From positions 2,912,001-2,976,000 of the forward strand of contig CBDCTK010000002.1 in the NCBI GenBank assembly GCA_965222225.1: a DNA stretch of 64,000 nucleotides, in the 5' to 3' direction. The position numbers and the translations under genes are program-made. The DNA is from Candidatus Poribacteria bacterium. GTDB lineage: Bacteria; Poribacteria; WGA-4E; JAJDTR01. This document shows positions 60,326-64,000 of this stretch, piece after piece. Every line of letters begins with the position of its first letter. Positions within the stretch are counted from its first letter, which is position 1. The notes beneath the pieces are model-generated. The model was not told the DNA's origin. It made no database searches and saw only the letters and a program-made list of their open reading frames with translations.

Positions 60326-60415
60326 TTGCTCCGACTGACTTATGTGCAATGGAGTGACCGGAAAATGATTCGATAGAGATTCACTAGTCACTAACCACTG
60401 CTTTTTGAGGTTGCC

Positions 60416-61564
60416 ATGCCTACACTTGACTGGATTACCGTAAAAGGATTTAAGAGTATCAAGTCTATTGAGGAGTTGGATCTCCGTCCAATCAACGTCT
60501 TAATTGGATCGAACGGCGCCGGAAAGTCGAACTTCATGGAGGTTTTTTCGCTCCTTAACGCCATACGCCTAGGTGGGTTACGGGATTACGTTATGCGGTG
60601 CGGTGGCGCCGACAAGATACTTCATTTCGGCTCCAAGGCAACTCCGTATCTGAGCGTTCGAATCCATTTTGAGAATGAAAAAAGAAGGTACAGAGATTAC
60701 ATTATAAAGTTAGCGCCGGATAATGCCGATGGCATGTTTCCTTCAAGTGAACTGGTCTTTACTACGGACAAACAGGACATTGATGATGAGGTTGATGGGG
60801 CTGGTTTCGACCTTAAGGGGCGGGATGGCGAGGCGGGAATTTATAGCTCAGAGGAACGATCGGGCGCAATTCCTTTCATTCGCAAACACCTTTCTCACTG
60901 GCGGTTGTACCATTTCCAAGATACAAGCGCGTCGTCGCCCATAAAGAAAACCGTGGCGCTAAACGACAATCGTTTCTTGCGAAATGACGGCTCGAATCTT
61001 GCCGCCTTCTTGTATTATCTGCGCGAAATACATGGACGCTCGTACGACATGATACGGCGCACGGTACAGCTCGTTGCCCCATTTTTCGACGACTTTTTCC
61101 TTGAACCGCAGGCGTTAAATGAAGATACGATTCGGCTCGAATGGCGGCATCGGGGGTCAGACAGCTATTTTGACGCCTCTGCACTTTCCGACGGATCGCT
61201 GCGGTTCATCGCTCTAGCGACATTGCTGCTGCAACCGAGAGAACTGCGTCCTTCGGTGATTCTATTGGATGAACCGGAACTGGGCTTGCACCCCTCCGCG
61301 ATCACGATTCTAGCGTCCCTTATCAAGCAAGTTTCTACAGAAACTCAGATTGTGGTTGCCACCCAGTCTCCCCTGCTTTTGGATCATTTCGAGCCCGAAG
61401 ATGTGCTCGTTGCCGAACGTGTGGAGGGAGTAACCCAATTCACCAGACTGGATGGAGAGAAACTGAAGATTTGGCTTGAGGACTATAGCCTCGGTCAACT
61501 CTGGGAGAAGAATGAGTTTGGTGGTCGGCCGGCTCCGGAGGACGTAGGTCGGGAGTCAGTGTAA
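60416..61564 (+). CDS. ABC-type (AAA_21) ATPase
   Basis: KGFKSI, GSNGAGKSN, LSDGSLRF, LLDEPELGLHP, ATQS. Confidence 0.9.
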   Translation: MPTLDWITVKGFKSIKSIEELDLRPINVLIGSNGAGKSNFMEVFSLLNAIRLGGLRDYVMRCGGADKILHFGSKATPYLSVRIHFENEKRRYRDYIIKLAPDNADGMFPSSELVFTTDKQDIDDEVDGAGFDLKGRDGEAGIYSSEERSGAIPFIRKHLSHWRLYHFQDTSASSPIKKTVALNDNRFLRNDGSNLAAFLYYLREIHGRSYDMIRRTVQLVAPFFDDFFLEPQALNEDTIRLEWRHRGSDSYFDASALSDGSLRFIALATLLLQPRELRPSVILLDEPELGLHPSAITILASLIKQVSTETQIVVATQSPLLLDHFEPEDVLVAERVEGVTQFTRLDGEKLKIWLEDYSLGQLWEKNEFGGRPAPEDVGRESV

Positions 61565-62268
61565 TGACGAGATTGCTCGTTCATGTTGAGGGCCAAACCG
61601 AGGAAAGTTTCGTTAATGAAGTCCTCAAGATTCATCTATGTACTCAGAGATTTGCAGATGTCAATCCACGCATTGTTGGCAATGCACGTCAGCGGAGTCA
61701 ACGTGGTGGGGTTCAAAAGTGGACCACGGCGCGAAAGGACATCACGAATCATTTGAAGCAAGATCTAAGGTGCATTGTCACCACAATGGTGGATTACTAC
61801 GGGATGCCGCAAACAGGTTCGAGGGCATGGCCCGGACGCTCTGAAGCCAATGAACTCGCGTTTCCTAACAATGCGGAGACGGTTGAAAAGGCGCTTGCAA
61901 CCGATGTCTGCGAACAGATGGGGTCGGACTTCAACCCAGAGCGATTCGTTCCGTATGTCATGATGCACGAGTTTGAAGCCATGCTCTTTAGCGATTGCGA
62001 AAGATTCGCAGAAGGTATTGGTGAGCCTGAACTGGCGCCGAAGTTCCAGGAGATTCGAGCGAAGTTCGGGTGTCCGGAAGAGATTGATGATTCGCCCGAA
62101 ACGGCGCCATCCAAACGTATCGTGTCGCTTGTTCCCGGATATCAAAAGCCGGTATTGGGAATTTTGGCAGCGTTGGAGATTGGTCTTGGGGCAATTCGGT
62201 CGGTGTGTCCGCATTTTCGCAGTTGGTTGGCGCGGTTGGAAGGCATACCACGGCGTATGGCTGTGTAG
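61564..62268 (+). CDS. DUF4276 family (TOPRIM-like) protein
   Basis: VHVEGQTEE.F, TTMVDYYG, MHEFEA.LF, PEEIDD..ETAPSKRI, CPHF..W; TAATG coupling to the ATPase. Confidence 0.85.
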   Translation: MTRLLVHVEGQTEESFVNEVLKIHLCTQRFADVNPRIVGNARQRSQRGGVQKWTTARKDITNHLKQDLRCIVTTMVDYYGMPQTGSRAWPGRSEANELAFPNNAETVEKALATDVCEQMGSDFNPERFVPYVMMHEFEAMLFSDCERFAEGIGEPELAPKFQEIRAKFGCPEEIDDSPETAPSKRIVSLVPGYQKPVLGILAALEIGLGAIRSVCPHFRSWLARLEGIPRRMAV

Positions 62269-62333
62269 GCGGGGCGGTGGAGTTCTGCAGAACAGTCATT
62301 AGATCGCACTCAGAGTTATCTATCATCTAGGCA

Positions 62334-62362
62334 TTGAGCTACGAAAGCTTTTCAGGTATGAT
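62334..62362 (+). promoter_or_regulatory. Putative sigma70 promoter
   Basis: TTGAGC-17 bp-TATGAT, then an AGGAG RBS before the 62392 ATG. Confidence 0.45.
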
Positions 62363-62391
62363 TCGTCCCATTCTATAGTAGGAGATTATCC

Positions 62392-63387
62392 ATGGCTAGC
62401 GCAGAACAACTCAAAGCGTTACTGCAGTCGCACTTGGACAGCGACGATGAGCGTTTCTTCTCGGTTGCCATGCAGGTCGCTGCCCATGAAGCAAGACTGG
62501 GACACGGAAAACTCGCCAAAGATTTGCGAGCGATGATTGATGCGGCCAAGAGTCTACCCACCTCCGGACCATCTTTGCCGGGAAGTCGTCCACGCGGCGA
62601 ATTAGGGAATCTCCTAGAGGTATCCTACCCGAAGACCCGACTGGGAGACATGATCCTTGGCGTCTCTCTTAGAAATCAGATTCAGCGTGTCATCCGGGAA
62701 CAACGCCATGCGGATAAAATCTTAGAGCATGGATTGTCACCACGACGTAAACTGTTGTTCGTAGGTCCCCCCGGCACCGGCAAAACTCTAACCGCGTTTG
62801 TCATTGCGTCAGAACTAGGTATTCCCCTTCTACAGGTTCGGCTTGACGGGCTCATTACCAAATTCATGGGGGAAACTGCAGCCAAGCTACGGCAGGTGTT
62901 CGATTTTACGTACCGGACACGAGGCGTTTACCTATTTGACGAATTCGACGCTATTGGTTCACAGCGCGGACTGACTAACGATGTGGGTGAAATCCGTCGA
63001 GTGCTGAACAGCTTCCTGCAAATGATAGAACAGGACTGTTCTCATAGTCTCATCGTCGCCGCTACCAACCATGCCGAAATCCTTGATCGAGCGCTCTTCC
63101 GACGTTTTGACGATGTCCTGCACTACGAACTCCCGGACGAGGGGCAAATCACAAGTTTGTTGAAGACACGCTTAGCTCGCACCGCCACCAAAAGAGTCCG
63201 TTGGCGAAGTCTTGGTGACGATGGCTTGGGACTCAACTATGCGGAAGTGACACGGGCTGCAAACGAGGTGCTGAAAGAGGCACTGATTCAACAAACCTCA
63301 CAAATCGGCGAGACGGAGATTCGGGCGATGATTAATGAAAGGAAGAAAATTGCCGATAAGCTTAGCGCGGACAAATGCCGGGAATAG
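62392..63387 (+). CDS. AAA+ ATPase (IetA-like)
   Basis: MASAEQLKALLQSH, GPPGTGKT, FDEFDAIG, GEIRRVLNSFLQ, AATNH..LDRALFRRFD. Confidence 0.9.
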   Translation: MASAEQLKALLQSHLDSDDERFFSVAMQVAAHEARLGHGKLAKDLRAMIDAAKSLPTSGPSLPGSRPRGELGNLLEVSYPKTRLGDMILGVSLRNQIQRVIREQRHADKILEHGLSPRRKLLFVGPPGTGKTLTAFVIASELGIPLLQVRLDGLITKFMGETAAKLRQVFDFTYRTRGVYLFDEFDAIGSQRGLTNDVGEIRRVLNSFLQMIEQDCSHSLIVAATNHAEILDRALFRRFDDVLHYELPDEGQITSLLKTRLARTATKRVRWRSLGDDGLGLNYAEVTRAANEVLKEALIQQTSQIGETEIRAMINERKKIADKLSADKCRE

Positions 63388-63426
63388 GAACAGCATCCGC
63401 GGAAGCATCGAGTGACCGACAGAGAC

Positions 63427-64000
63427 ATGGCAAACGGAAATGACAAGAAGCATCGACACTTTATCCTCCACGCAACGGCGGCTACGGAGGCGTATCGTTC
63501 ACCGCCGCGAATCGTGGAGGATGAGGACGTTTCGGAGCGTGATCGAGTGCAGCACGCAGGGAGGCTACAGAGGCACATGAGTAGGGTGCGTGTGGTCGCG
63601 GACGCAGCCCGGCAGGCACAGCAAGAAGCCGGAATGGAGCCAGGTATTCAAATCAAATTCGAGAGTTTCCCCGGAATTGAGCTTGCCTTTGAAAAATTGG
63701 CACGAGAACATATGGGAATTGAACTGCTGAGTGTCCATGACGACCATACAAACGCGCCGTTTCGCGCCACTGTCTTCGTACCGGACGGTAAACTCAGTCA
63801 CTTTGAAAACCTTGTCCGCGACTATCTGGCGGAGAAGAAAGATAGTATGGGCCGCTCCCGTGATAACAGATTACTGATTGACACAATTCAAGAAATTCGG
63901 GCAGCAACCCTGCAGGAACTTTGGACAGACACTGACGATGTGTTTCCCACGGTTGACGAGGGACCGTTGTGGTGGGAAGTGTGGCTGCCCATTAGAGGGA
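63427..64000 (+). CDS. S8 subtilisin-like protease (IetS-like), N-terminal part (runs off the window)
   Basis: Open from ATG 63427: KHRHFIL...RDRVQHAGRL...GIELLSV...ATVFVPDGKLSHF...LWTD...WWEVWL. The catalytic domain is not visible; the call rests on the N-terminal pattern and the AAA neighbour. Confidence 0.7.
   Translation, partial: MANGNDKKHRHFILHATAATEAYRSPPRIVEDEDVSERDRVQHAGRLQRHMSRVRVVADAARQAQQEAGMEPGIQIKFESFPGIELAFEKLAREHMGIELLSVHDDHTNAPFRATVFVPDGKLSHFENLVRDYLAEKKDSMGRSRDNRLLIDTIQEIRAATLQELWTDTDDVFPTVDEGPLWWEVWLPIRG

Noticed and set aside
1-64000. tRNA or rRNA genes, including tRNA-Sec near selD
   Set aside because: None were recognised by eye; tRNAscan-SE or Infernal would be needed to exclude them.

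Overview
Bacterial chromosome segment, most likely Candidatus Poribacteria or a close relative. This is inferred from secreted LRR/WD40 proteins ending in a dockerin-like DVNGDG repeat and a 'YPNPFNPETWIPY' FlgD-like tail, plus sulfatases and PhyH dioxygenases. The left half holds a housekeeping run on the minus strand (tamB, tlyA, dxs, xseB, xseA, ymdB, pyrE, a UGA-recoded selD with SECIS, an HD hydrolase) and three paralogous LRR-glycoside-hydrolase-like surface proteins. The middle is catabolic (sulfatases, M14 peptidase, beta-helix protein, membrane transporter). The right part is a partly decayed defence island: type III R-M with mod split by an IS1595, a coupled TIGR04255 three-gene operon, a helicase pseudogene, AAA+DUF4276 and AAA+S8 protease. 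The most unusual signal is a 35-36 bp micro-element, GGAT(n)CTATCG-CNNT-CNNT-ANN-CNNT-CNNT-TGAT|C, present in roughly 35-45 full or partial copies (hand count). It has position-restricted hypervariable modules, inserts into REP hairpins and into itself, sits in-frame inside tamB and mod, and supplies the 'DQxxx*' C-terminus and stop codon of three unrelated genes. A four-helix-bundle (bAvd/IVP-like) gene cassette is also nested in the +1 frame inside the open mod reading frame. All calls were made by eye; no searches were run.
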